Of a stretch of 34,178 bases of DNA, positions 17,660 to 26,900 are shown piece by piece. This DNA comes from a virus (lineage: Duplodnaviria > Caudoviricetes): the IMG/VR virus record IMGVR_UViG_3300048599_000724, positions 1 to 34,178 of that record; one strand, written 5' to 3'. The notes beneath the pieces are model-generated. The model was not told where the DNA came from, did not search any database, and was given only the letters and a program-made list of their open reading frames with translations. Both the position numbers and the translations under genes were made by a program. Within the stretch, counting starts at the first letter, position 1. Each line of letters opens with the position of its first letter.

Positions 17660-17702
17660 CGAAACGCTTCGTTCCCGACGACCTTCCTGCGCCGCGCACT
17701 CT
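17660..17702 (+). promoter_or_regulatory. putative Mor-activated late promoter for head operon
   Basis: CGAAACGCTTCGTTCCCGAC (17/20 with 8995-9014) and -10-like CACTCT at the same 37-nt offset. Confidence 0.65.
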
Positions 17703-17711
17703 GCGCAACGC

Positions 17712-18920
17712 ATGAAGCGCATCACTCCTCCCTGTGTCACTTCCCCGGCCCGTGCAATGCGGGCCGGGATTCTGTTCGCCGCGTGCTCGGCCACGGCGCA
17801 GTCACGCGCGCAGCTCGGCTTCGCGGTTGCGGTCTGCGCGTTCGAACTCGCCACGGAGGCTGTCGACGCGGCGGGCCTGCCGATGATCCAGCTCATGCCG
17901 GCGGGCGAGTTCGTCGCCCGCGACGGTCGCCCGGCGACCGTGTCGAAAGGCCGCGTGCTGCGCTGGCGTCTGGACGATGCCGCAGCCGCCACGGTCGTGG
18001 CACGCGTCAACGGCCGTGCCACGCCGGTGCCGATCGACTACGAACACCAGATGCTCAACGCGCTGGAGAACGGTCAGCCGGCGCCGGCCTCCGGCTACAT
18101 CCGCCGCGTGGAGTGGCGTCCCGGCATCGGCCTGTTCGGCGCCGTCGAATGGACGCCGCGTGCCGCGGCAATGATCGAAGCCAAAGAGTACCGGTACTTC
18201 TCGCCGGTGTTTTCGTGGGACGCCGAGACCGGCGACGTGCTCGACCTGCATCAGGGCGCGCTCACGAACGATCCCGCGCTCGACGGCCTGCCTGCTGTTA
18301 CCGCTCGCGCCGCCGCGCGATACCAACCTTCATTGACGGAGACCAACACGATGAATCCGCTCCTCGTGGCCGTACTGGCCGCCCTCGGCCTGGCCGACAC
18401 CACCACGGAGGCGCAGGCCATCGCCGCGCTCTCCGCCATCAAGAACAAGCCCGATCCGCTCGCGGCGCTGCGCCAGTCGCTGGGTCTCGCCGACAACGCT
18501 GACGCGACCGTGATCGCGACCGCGTGCAGTGCGCTCAAGGCCAAGGCCGACAAGGCGACGCCGGACCCGGCGTTGTTCGCACCGATCGCGGTCGTCGAGG
18601 AACTCAAGACCGCGATCGCCGCGCTGACGACGCGCGTGGCCAACGACGACGTCACGCAGCTCGTCGACGCCGGCCTGAAAGACGGTCGGCTGTTGCCGGC
18701 CCAGAAGGAATGGGCGCAGGCGCTCGGCAAGAGCGATGTCGCCGCGCTGCGCAGCTACCTCGACAAGACGCCGCCGATCGCCGCGCTGCGCGGCACGCAG
18801 ACCGAAGGCGTCATGCCGGACGGTTCGCCGAACGAACACAGGCTGACCGACGCCGAGCTGGCTGTCTGCCGGGCGCTCGAAATCGCCCCCGCCGAGTACG
18901 CCAAGCAGCGCACGGCCTGA
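17712..18920 (+). CDS. Mu gpI-like prohead protease
   Basis: IQLMPAGEF..RDGRP, IDYEHQ, PAPASG, VEWT..A...I...EYRYFSPVF, ALTNDPALDGL; start codon uncertain. Confidence 0.92.
   Translation: MKRITPPCVTSPARAMRAGILFAACSATAQSRAQLGFAVAVCAFELATEAVDAAGLPMIQLMPAGEFVARDGRPATVSKGRVLRWRLDDAAAATVVARVNGRATPVPIDYEHQMLNALENGQPAPASGYIRRVEWRPGIGLFGAVEWTPRAAAMIEAKEYRYFSPVFSWDAETGDVLDLHQGALTNDPALDGLPAVTARAAARYQPSLTETNTMNPLLVAVLAALGLADTTTEAQAIAALSAIKNKPDPLAALRQSLGLADNADATVIATACSALKAKADKATPDPALFAPIAVVEELKTAIAALTTRVANDDVTQLVDAGLKDGRLLPAQKEWAQALGKSDVAALRSYLDKTPPIAALRGTQTEGVMPDGSPNEHRLTDAELAVCRALEIAPAEYAKQRTA
18351..18920 (+). CDS. nested in-frame scaffolding protein (Mu gpZ-like)
   Basis: Internal GGAG at 18338 and in-frame ATG 18351 right after protease domain, as in Mu I/Z. 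Confidence 0.75.
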   Translation: MNPLLVAVLAALGLADTTTEAQAIAALSAIKNKPDPLAALRQSLGLADNADATVIATACSALKAKADKATPDPALFAPIAVVEELKTAIAALTTRVANDDVTQLVDAGLKDGRLLPAQKEWAQALGKSDVAALRSYLDKTPPIAALRGTQTEGVMPDGSPNEHRLTDAELAVCRALEIAPAEYAKQRTA

Positions 18921-18955
18921 CGCTGCGCTGATCCCGCCTTCACCGAGAGACCCCT

Positions 18956-19357
18956 ATGCCTCTTTCCGCTGACCGCAACACCAAGACCCGCAACGGCAAG
19001 GACTTCGGCTATCCGGCGGGTGCCGGCAAGAAGTTCTATGCCGGCGGCATCGTCGTGCTCAACGGCGCCGTCGCCGAGCCGGGTTCGACGGCACTCAACC
19101 TGCGCACCGTCGGCGTCGCACGCGCGCAGATCGACAACACTGGCGGCGCGGCCGGGGCGCAGCAGGTGCCCGTCGCGCGCGGGTGCTTCCAGCTCGCCAA
19201 CTCCGCCGCAGGCGATGCCATCACGCTCGCCGACGTCGGCAACGACTGCTACGTGGTCGACGACCAGACCGTTGCCAAGACCAACGGCACCAACACCCGT
19301 TCCGTCGCCGGCAAGGTGCGCGACGTCGACAGCGCGGGCGTCTGGGTCGAGTTCTGA
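18956..19357 (+). CDS. putative head decoration / capsid cement protein
   Basis: Gly/Ala-rich beta protein, DVGNDCYVVDDQTVAKT motif, located between protease and capsid. Confidence 0.7.
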   Translation: MPLSADRNTKTRNGKDFGYPAGAGKKFYAGGIVVLNGAVAEPGSTALNLRTVGVARAQIDNTGGAAGAQQVPVARGCFQLANSAAGDAITLADVGNDCYVVDDQTVAKTNGTNTRSVAGKVRDVDSAGVWVEF

Positions 19358-19390
19358 CCCCGACTGCGCGCATTCAAAAGGCAATTATCC

Positions 19391-20284
19391 ATGCTTATCA
19401 ATCGCACCAATTTGAACGCGGTCTTCACCGGCTTCAAGGCGACCTTCAACGAAGGTTTCGGGACCGCGCCGCCGCTCTGGCAAGAGATCGCCATGCTGAT
19501 GCCGTCGTCGACGAGCCAGGAGTTGTACGGCTGGCTCGGCACGATCACGCGGTTCCGCGAGTGGATCGGCGATCGCGTCATCCAGAATCTCAAGACGCAC
19601 GACTTCACGATCAAGAATCGGTCGTTCGAGAACACCATCGGTGTCGACCGCGATACCATCCAGGACGATACCTACGGCTGCTACTCGCCGATGTTCAAGC
19701 AGCTCGGCCAGGACTCGCGGACGCATCCGGACGAACTCGTCTATGGCCTCTTCAAGAACGGCTTCTCGCAGCTTTGCTACGACGGCCAGTATTTCTTCGA
19801 TACCGACCATCCCGTGGTCGATGCGGCTGGCGTGACGCAGTCCGTGTCGAACTTCGGCGGCGGTTCCGGTACGCCGTGGTTCGTGCTCGATACGAGCCGG
19901 TTCGTCAAGCCGATGATTTTCCAGAAGCGCCAGGACTACAAGCTGGTCGCGATGGACGGCGAGACCGACGAATCCGTGTTCTCGCGCAAGGAATTCCGGT
20001 ATGGCGTCGACGCGCGCGTCAACGCGGGTTTCGGTCTTTGGCAGCTCGCCTACGCGAGCCGCCAGACGCTCGACAAGGACAACCTCAAGGCCGCGATCGC
20101 CGCGCTCGAAAGCGTGACCGGCGACAACGGCAAGCCGCTCGGCGTCACCGCGACCCGTCTCGTCGTGCCGCCCTCGCTCAAGTTCGTCGCGAAGGAACTC
20201 GTCGAGGCCGTCACGTCGGCGAACGGTGCGACGAACGTACTCGCCGGTGAGCTGAAGGCTCTGTCGACCGCATACCTCAACTGA
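19391..20284 (+). CDS. major capsid protein (Mu gpT-like)
   Basis: YGWLG...FREWIGDR, HPDELV, CYDGQYFFDTDHPV, EFRYGVDAR.NAGFGLWQLAY. Confidence 0.96.
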   Translation: MLINRTNLNAVFTGFKATFNEGFGTAPPLWQEIAMLMPSSTSQELYGWLGTITRFREWIGDRVIQNLKTHDFTIKNRSFENTIGVDRDTIQDDTYGCYSPMFKQLGQDSRTHPDELVYGLFKNGFSQLCYDGQYFFDTDHPVVDAAGVTQSVSNFGGGSGTPWFVLDTSRFVKPMIFQKRQDYKLVAMDGETDESVFSRKEFRYGVDARVNAGFGLWQLAYASRQTLDKDNLKAAIAALESVTGDNGKPLGVTATRLVVPPSLKFVAKELVEAVTSANGATNVLAGELKALSTAYLN

Positions 20285-20383
20285 TACCTCGCCGCGACGG
20301 CGCCCGACGGGCGCGAAAGCAATCCGGGCGGTCGAGCGCGACCGCCCGGTGTGTCGCGACACGCGCTTACAACGGAGAGTGCA

Positions 20384-20614
20384 ATGAACCAAATCATCGT
20401 CAAGTCCATGCGGCCGACGTTCCGCCGCGCCGGCATCGAGTTCACGCCCCAGGGCGTCGTGCTGGATCGGGACTCGATCACCGAAGAGCAGGCCATCGCA
20501 ATCGCGAACGAGCCGATGCTCGTCGCCGCACCGTACGCGCCGCCCGAAGTCGTGGCCGAGGCACTGGCGGGCAAGAAGGACACGAGCGCCGACGCGAAGA
20601 AAGGCGCGAAGTAA
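20384..20614 (+). CDS. HI1506/FluMu-N-like protein
   Basis: TFRRAGIEFT...ITEEQ...IANEPML signature; GGAG SD. Confidence 0.8.
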   Translation: MNQIIVKSMRPTFRRAGIEFTPQGVVLDRDSITEEQAIAIANEPMLVAAPYAPPEVVAEALAGKKDTSADAKKGAK

Positions 20615-20617
20615 GCC

Positions 20618-21130
20618 ATGCCGTACGTCACGCCCGCACAGCTTGCCGAATCGCCTGGTGCGCAAGAGCTGGCGCAGTCGGCCAGCACAATGCACCAGGC
20701 GATCGTCGACAGCGAGCTGATGGACCTGACGTTGCGCGCACTGCCGCGTGACGGCTACACCTCGACGCAGATCGAGCAGGCGGACGAAGCGCTCGCGCGC
20801 ATCGTCGCTGTCGTTGCCGAATGCGGCGCGGTGATCGATGCACACATCGCGCGCCGCGTCGCGCTGCCGCTCCTGTCGGTGCCGCCGGTGTTGACGTCGA
20901 TCGCTCGCGCGCTCGTTCGCTACCAGCTCCAGCCGAATCGCGTCGGCGACAACACCGATCCCATCATTCGCGGTTACGCCGAAATGATGAAGCTGCTGCG
21001 GGACGTGCGCGACGGCACGGTGACGCTCGGCATCGACGATCCTGCGTCGGCCAGCGCGCCGCTGCTCGATGTGCGCATCGAGTCCGGCAGCAAAGTCTTC
21101 GGACGCGACAGCCTACGGAATTTCCGATGA
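20618..21130 (+). CDS. head-tail adaptor (DUF1320 / Mu gp36)
   Basis: MPYVT..QL, IDAHIARR..LPL..VP.VL, LRDVRDG.VTLG, VFGRD. Confidence 0.88.
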   Translation: MPYVTPAQLAESPGAQELAQSASTMHQAIVDSELMDLTLRALPRDGYTSTQIEQADEALARIVAVVAECGAVIDAHIARRVALPLLSVPPVLTSIARALVRYQLQPNRVGDNTDPIIRGYAEMMKLLRDVRDGTVTLGIDDPASASAPLLDVRIESGSKVFGRDSLRNFR

Positions 21131-21564
21131 CCGGCCCGTTCGACATCGCGCCCGTTGTTGCGCGGCTGAAGGCCGGCGCGACGAGCCTTCGCCGCGTGGC
21201 CGGCGCCGCCGAGCGTGCCGCGGCCGAGAAGGATGCCGGCGCGCCGACGCCCGCCGCCTACGTCGTGCTCGCGCGAGAAACGCCGAAGCCACACAGCGGC
21301 GGCGCGGGCGCCTTCCGGCAGCCGGTCATCGCAACGTTCATCGTCGTTCTCGCCGTGCGCAACGTGCGCCTGGGCGAACTCGGCGTGCAGGGCAACAGCG
21401 AGCTGAAGACAGCGATCGAGGAAGTGCGCGGCGCGCTTCTCGGTTGGCAGCCGACACCGGAGTCCACCGCCTGCGAACTCGCCGGAGCGGAGCTGAGCGA
21501 CTACGACGCCGGTGTCATCTGGTGGGTCGAGGCGTTCTCGACCACCTACTGGGTTACGCGATAG
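21127..21564 (+). CDS. tail terminator (Mu gp37-like)
   Basis: TPAAYVV, VRGALLGWQP, WWVEAFST; follows gp36 with ATGA overlap. Confidence 0.75.
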   Translation: MTGPFDIAPVVARLKAGATSLRRVAGAAERAAAEKDAGAPTPAAYVVLARETPKPHSGGAGAFRQPVIATFIVVLAVRNVRLGELGVQGNSELKTAIEEVRGALLGWQPTPESTACELAGAELSDYDAGVIWWVEAFSTTYWVTR

Positions 21565-21573
21565 GAGCAACCG

Positions 21574-21768
21574 ATGAAATCACCGAAATCTTTCGTGCTG
21601 CCCGCAGCCGGCGGCAGCTACACCATCGACGCCGACGGCAACCTCGTGCAGGTCGCAGCGTCCACGAAGCCGAGTCCCGGCAAGACGGCGCTCGCCGAGG
21701 CCGCGGCGAAGGCCGAGAAGGACGCGGCGAAGGGTACCTCGCCGCGCGCCGGCAAGAGCGACAAGTAG
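21574..21768 (+). CDS. small hypothetical protein (64 aa)
   Basis: AGGAG SD; GGSY motif; precedes tail tube. Confidence 0.7.
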   Translation: MKSPKSFVLPAAGGSYTIDADGNLVQVAASTKPSPGKTALAEAAAKAEKDAAKGTSPRAGKSDK

Positions 21769-21778
21769 GAGCAACGAC

Positions 21779-22720
21779 GTGGCACAGCCGATCAAACTCT
21801 TCGAAAACCGCGCCTTGACGATGAAGGTGGAAGACGTCTACGGCGTCGACGAGGCGCCCACCGCCGAAGACAACGCGATGCTGACAATGGAAGGCTCGGT
21901 CAGCATCAACGCGACGAAGCTCACTCGCAAGCTCGACAAGCCGCACCTGGGTGCCGACCCGTTCGTGCTGGTCGGCAAGGAGGCCACCGCGGAGTTCGAC
22001 TTCGATCTTCTCGGCAACACGGCCGTCGGCACTTCCGCACCGTGCGCGCCGATTCTGAAGTCGTGCGGATACGCCGAAGTGCTCGTCGCTACCACGAGCG
22101 CCACGTACAACCCGATTTCCTCGGCGTATGCGTCGGCGACGATCTACTTCTACCATTCGGGACTTTTGTTCAAGATCACTGGTGCGCGCGGTTCGATCGA
22201 CATCGACTTCTCGATCAAGTCGTGGGGCAAGGCGCACGCGAAGTACACCGGCATCATCCAGCTTGCGGCGCCGACCGAAGCGACGCCGGGCGAACTCACG
22301 TACATCGGGTTCCGCACGCCGCCGGCGATCGAGAAAGAAACGTTCCTGGTGAACTGCATGGCGGTTGCGCTCAACGCGACCGCCTTCAAGCTTTCCCAGG
22401 GCGGCGACGTCGCGATGTATGAGGGCAGCGAGGCGCGCGAGGCCACCTACAAGGCCCGCGAGTCGACCGGCAGCTTCACGATCTTCGCGGACGCGCTCGG
22501 CGTGTTCAATCCGTGGGCGCTCGCCAACGGGCACTCGCAGGTGCCGCTCTTCGCGGAAGTCGGCACGGTCGCCGGCAGCATCACGCGCGTGACGTGCGGA
22601 CAGGTCCAGTTCGAGTTCTCGAAGATCACGAATCTCGATGGCGCCTCGGGCTGGGAAATCCCGTTCACGGCGCCTCCCACGTCCGCCGGCAACGACGAAT
22701 ACTCGATCAGATTCACCTGA
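21779..22720 (+). CDS. major tail tube protein (siphovirus type)
   Basis: AGGAG SD + GTG; E..YG.D..P N-terminus, GARG motif, GNDEYSIRFT end; position before chaperones and tape measure. Confidence 0.85.
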   Translation: MAQPIKLFENRALTMKVEDVYGVDEAPTAEDNAMLTMEGSVSINATKLTRKLDKPHLGADPFVLVGKEATAEFDFDLLGNTAVGTSAPCAPILKSCGYAEVLVATTSATYNPISSAYASATIYFYHSGLLFKITGARGSIDIDFSIKSWGKAHAKYTGIIQLAAPTEATPGELTYIGFRTPPAIEKETFLVNCMAVALNATAFKLSQGGDVAMYEGSEAREATYKARESTGSFTIFADALGVFNPWALANGHSQVPLFAEVGTVAGSITRVTCGQVQFEFSKITNLDGASGWEIPFTAPPTSAGNDEYSIRFT

Positions 22721-22814
22721 CCGACTGCTGCGGCGTCCGGGGCGTTTTTCCGCTGCCTGCCCTGTCCCGGACGCCGCACTTCTTGAGTTGGGGCAAGCAG
22801 CACAGGACAGGCAC

Positions 22815-23168
22815 ATGGGTATCAAGGTCAGGAAGGAGCGCACCTTCAAGCGCACGGTGAAGACGAGACTGCAATCGCCCGACGTCATCGACGCCTTCGA
22901 GGACGTCTCGTTCGTCGGCGTCTATCGCGCGCTCTCGCGTACGAAGATCGAAGCGCTGAACGAAAAGGACGACTCCATCACCGAGTCCGCGCGCGTCACG
23001 AAGTTCGTTCGGGAAATCATGGTGGGCGCCGAAGGTTTCGTCGACGAGGACGATGCGCCGATCGGTTCGGTGGACGCGCTCGCCGTGATCCTCGACGACA
23101 TCACGCTCTGCCAGAGCGCGATCAATACGTTCAACGAGTCGTACTACCCGGCGAAGGAAAAAAACTAG
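22815..23168 (+). CDS. tail assembly chaperone (lambda gpG analogue)
   Basis: Between tube and tape measure; ends in slippery A-AAA-AAC just before TAG. Confidence 0.82.
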   Translation: MGIKVRKERTFKRTVKTRLQSPDVIDAFEDVSFVGVYRALSRTKIEALNEKDDSITESARVTKFVREIMVGAEGFVDEDDAPIGSVDALAVILDDITLCQSAINTFNESYYPAKEKN

Positions 23169-23536
23169 CCGAGCTGGCGCGGGCGCTCGTCAGCCCGCGT
23201 CCGCCACCGATAGACCCGCAAGCCAAGGTCGCCGAACTCCGCGGCCTTGGCTTTTCCGACGAGCAGATCGCCAAGTACATGACGTCTTTGGCGGAGCGTG
23301 AAGTGCAGTCCGACGTCGTCGAACTGTGGGAATGCCACGAGGCCGCGTTCAATGTCTTCCGTCGCTGCGAATGGAACGTCGCGATGGGGATGCGGCTCGT
23401 GTGGATCGGCATCAACGCCGTCGAAATCGAGAAGGTCGCGAGCGCTACGGGCGTTCCCTACAACGACGAGCTGATCGACGACGTGAAGGCAATGGCCGCG
23501 GTCGCGGCCTCAGTACGCAACGCGAAGAACCAATGA
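23159..23536 (+). CDS. -1 frameshift extension of tail chaperone (gpGT analogue, DUF1799-like)
   Basis: -1 frame open from slippery site to TGA 23536: KLAELARAL...ELWECHEAAFNVFRRCEWNVAMGMRLVWIGIN. Confidence 0.8.
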   Translation, partial: KKLAELARALVSPRPPPIDPQAKVAELRGLGFSDEQIAKYMTSLAEREVQSDVVELWECHEAAFNVFRRCEWNVAMGMRLVWIGINAVEIEKVASATGVPYNDELIDDVKAMAAVAASVRNAKNQ

Positions 23537-23538
23537 CG

Positions 23539-23904
23539 TTATCGAACGCGCTGATACACCGAAATCCGACTGCTGCTGCCAGCGATTTCTTCGACGGTCA
23601 GCACGTTGGGCTCAACGGCGATCACCCTCCACGTCTGCTCGATATCTTTCGCGTTCACGTAGTGAAAGGTCTTTCCGTCGAGCCACCAGCGTTTGATTGG
23701 TGCAGAACGAGACTCTGCACCGGTCGCGAAGCGGCCAGTGCGCGCCGCAAAATCCATCGCGAAGTGCCCGGTTCCATCCTTGAGCAGGATCATTGTCACG
23801 ACGTCGTCGCCCTCTTTTGTACGCCAGGTTCCGACGAATTCATTGCCACGCGAGCACGCGGTGAGCAAGGCGAGCAACAACACCAGCAGCGTGCGCGTAG
23901 CCAT
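23539..23904 (-). CDS. antisense moron lipoprotein (121 aa)
   Basis: Signal peptide with lipobox LLTAC; FVGTW lipocalin-like motif; opposite strand between chaperone and tape measure. Confidence 0.82.
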   Translation of the reverse strand: MATRTLLVLLLALLTACSRGNEFVGTWRTKEGDDVVTMILLKDGTGHFAMDFAARTGRFATGAESRSAPIKRWWLDGKTFHYVNAKDIEQTWRVIAVEPNVLTVEEIAGSSSRISVYQRVR

Positions 23905-23945
23905 GTGATTTGCGGTCGCCTCGGTCAGGTCGCGGGAGCCTAGCG

Positions 23946-26900
23946 ATGGACGATCTGACCGTCAAACTCGTATTCACGGCCGACGGTCGTGCCGTCATCC
24001 AGCGTGCCGGCGAGGTCGGGCAATCGGTTCGCGCGCTCGGTCCGACCGCGCAGCAGGCCGGCCAGCAAATCGCGGCGGGCATGGACCCCGCTGCGCGCGG
24101 TATCGCCTCGGTGCGACGTGAGGCAATCGATACCAGCGCAACCCTGTCGAAGCTGGTCGGCGTCGTCGCGGGCGGCGCCGTGTTCAAGGGGTTGATCGGC
24201 GGCGTCGTCGACGCGAACAACGCGATGAAGGGATTCAACGCGGGCCTCAAGGCAGCCTTCAATTCGCAGACGCTCGCGACCGAGGCCATGAGCTTCACGC
24301 GCGCGGAAGCTGACCGCCTTGGCCTCGGCCTGCGCACAACGTCGGAACAGTATACGGCGCTGTCAGCGGCTGCCCGCGGAACGGCACTCGAAGGCGAGCA
24401 GTCGCGGCGGATTCTTTCGTCGGTGTCCGAGGCGGCGCGCGTGCTGAACCTGTCGTCCGAAAAGACGGCCGGCGCACTCGGCGCGCTGGAACAGATGATC
24501 AGCAAAGGCAACGTCCAGGCCGAAGAGCTTCGCGGCCAGCTCGGTGAACGTCTGCCCGGCGCGTTCAGCCTTGCCGCCAAGGCGATGGGCGTCACGACGC
24601 AGCAGCTCAACAAGATGCTCGACGACGGCAAGGTGCTGGCCGCTGACCTCTTGCCGAAGCTCGCGACCGAACTGCACAAACTGTACGGCGCGCAAGCCGC
24701 CGAGTCCTCGCGTTCGTCGGCTGCGGAGTTCGAGCGGCTCAAAAACGCCGTGTTCGAACTCCAGGCCGCCGTCGGCGATGCCGGCGTGATGGACGTTCTG
24801 ACGGCCGGCGCACGCGCACTGACGGCGACCCTCAATGCGCTCGTCCAGTCCGGCGCGCTCCCGGCCTTGGTCGGTGGTCTTTCCACGCTCGTTCTGGTCG
24901 TCGGAACGAACTATGTCGCCGGTCTCGCAAAGGCGGCCGTGGCGACCCACGCTGCGAACAGCGCGATGGCGGAAATGGCCCTCGGTGAGCTTCGCCTGGC
25001 GCAGGCTGCCGAAACCGCTGCGGCCGCCGAGCTTGCGAAGGCGCGCGCCCTCGAAGCGGGTGGCGTCGCCGCGGGCCGCGTTGCCACCGCGCAGGCCGCA
25101 CTCGCCGCTGCGCATGCTCGCACGGCCGCCGCGCTCGAAGTGTCGACGGCTGCCGCGGCGGCGAATACCGGCATGCTCGCCCGCTTCGGCAGCGGCGCTC
25201 TCGCGTTGGTCGGTGGTCCGATCGGTGCGCTAATCATTGCGCTCGGCGCGTTGTCGGCGGCGATCTACTCGGCGGTCAAGGCCGAGAACGAGCGGACGAA
25301 GGTCTTCGCCGAAGGCGTCAGGAACCTACAGCAGGCCACGCAGGCGACGCGCGAGCTGATAGCGGCGCGACAGCAGCTTGCCGGTCAGCCGCAAGCCCTC
25401 GGCGACGTAGTGCGTCAGGAAGCGACGAACGTCGAGCTGCTTACCGCGAAGACTCGCGAACTCGAAGAAGCGCAGATCAGACTGCGCGATCTGAGCGCAG
25501 TGAATACGAGCCTGATCGCTCGTCGAGGAATCGAACTACCGGAGTTCGCACGCGCGAAGGCCGAGGTTGCGCAGCTCACGACCGAAATCGGCCGGCTGCG
25601 CAACGCGACCGACGATCTCACTGCGGCGATGCGCGCGCGCCTGCTCGCGTTTCTCGCGACCGATCTGCCGGCGGCGGCGCGTGACGCGGCAGCGGCCGTC
25701 CGCAGCGTGTACGCGGCTTTCAGCGGCGGTGATGCCGCGGGTGGTCTGGTCGCTGCGATGCGCGGCGTCGACCAGGTGCTGGCAGGTGTGCGCGCGCGGT
25801 TCCTCGACGCGGACAAGGCCGGCGTCGCCGCGTTCCAGGCGATGCAGGACGGTGCGAAAAAAGCACAGGCCGAACTCGACAAGGTCGGCAAGTCCGAAGC
25901 CGACCTGACGCGTGCCACCGTGCAGGCCGGCATCGCCGCGATGGAGCGCGCGAAAATGTCGGCCGAGGAAATCGCCGCGGCGCGCAAGGTCGGCGAGCAG
26001 TGGATCAAGACCGCAGCGGGCCTCGATGCCGCGAAGAACGCGACGAAGCTCAAGACGCAGGCCACGAAGGAATTGCGTGCCGAGCTGTCGGACCTACACG
26101 AGCTGGAACGCCAGCGCGACGCGGAGCTGATGCGCGAGGCCGACATCAGCGCGCGTGCGCGCCGCACGATGCTCGACATGATCGCCGACTTGCAGTTCGA
26201 GGCGACGCTGATCGGCAAGACCAGCGAAGAACGTGAGCGCGCGATCCTGCTGCGCCAGGCCGAGAACGCGCTAAAGGATCGCGGCTCCGAATTGTCCGAA
26301 GAGGAAGCAAAGAGCTACCTCGCCGAAATCGCTCGCCTGCAGGACAGCAACACCGCGCACCAGCGCTACGCCGACCAGGTCGCGGATGCGGCCCGGCGCG
26401 TGCGTGGCTACTACGAGAGCATGGCCGACTCGCTCGCCAACGCGATGACGCGCGGCGGCAACCTGCTGCAGAACCTCGGCCGCGCGCTCGTCGATACGCT
26501 CCGGCAGATCGTCAACGACATGATCGCCCAGTGGTTGCGCACGCGCATCATCGGCATGTTCATGGGCGGCGGCGGTGGCGGATGGGGTGCGCTCGCGAGC
26601 ATGGGAATGTCGGCGCTGTCGGGCGGTGGCGGCAACAGCGGCGGTTCGTTCGTCAATGCCGGCGTGAACATCGCGACGGGCGGCAGCGGCAATGGCTTCG
26701 ACCTCTCGTCGCCGTCGTCGTGGATGAGCGCGGGCCGGTCGCTGTGGAACGGCTTCATGAACGGGTTCACGCCCAGCGCGACCGCTACAAGTTCCATTTT
26801 CGGTTCGTATAGTGGCGCGTTCGGCGGCATCCAGTACGGCCCGAGCGTCGGCAGTCCTTTGGGCCTGGTCCCGAACTATGGAGCCGGCGCACCAGGCGTC

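Noticed and set aside
17498-17708. Possible anti-CRISPR ORF in the gpG-gpI interval
   Set aside because: Only Arg-rich shadow ORFs without SD; no aca-like HTH gene
21562-21775. TAGGAGCAAC repeated before two consecutive genes
   Set aside because: Explained as stop codon plus Shine-Dalgarno reuse
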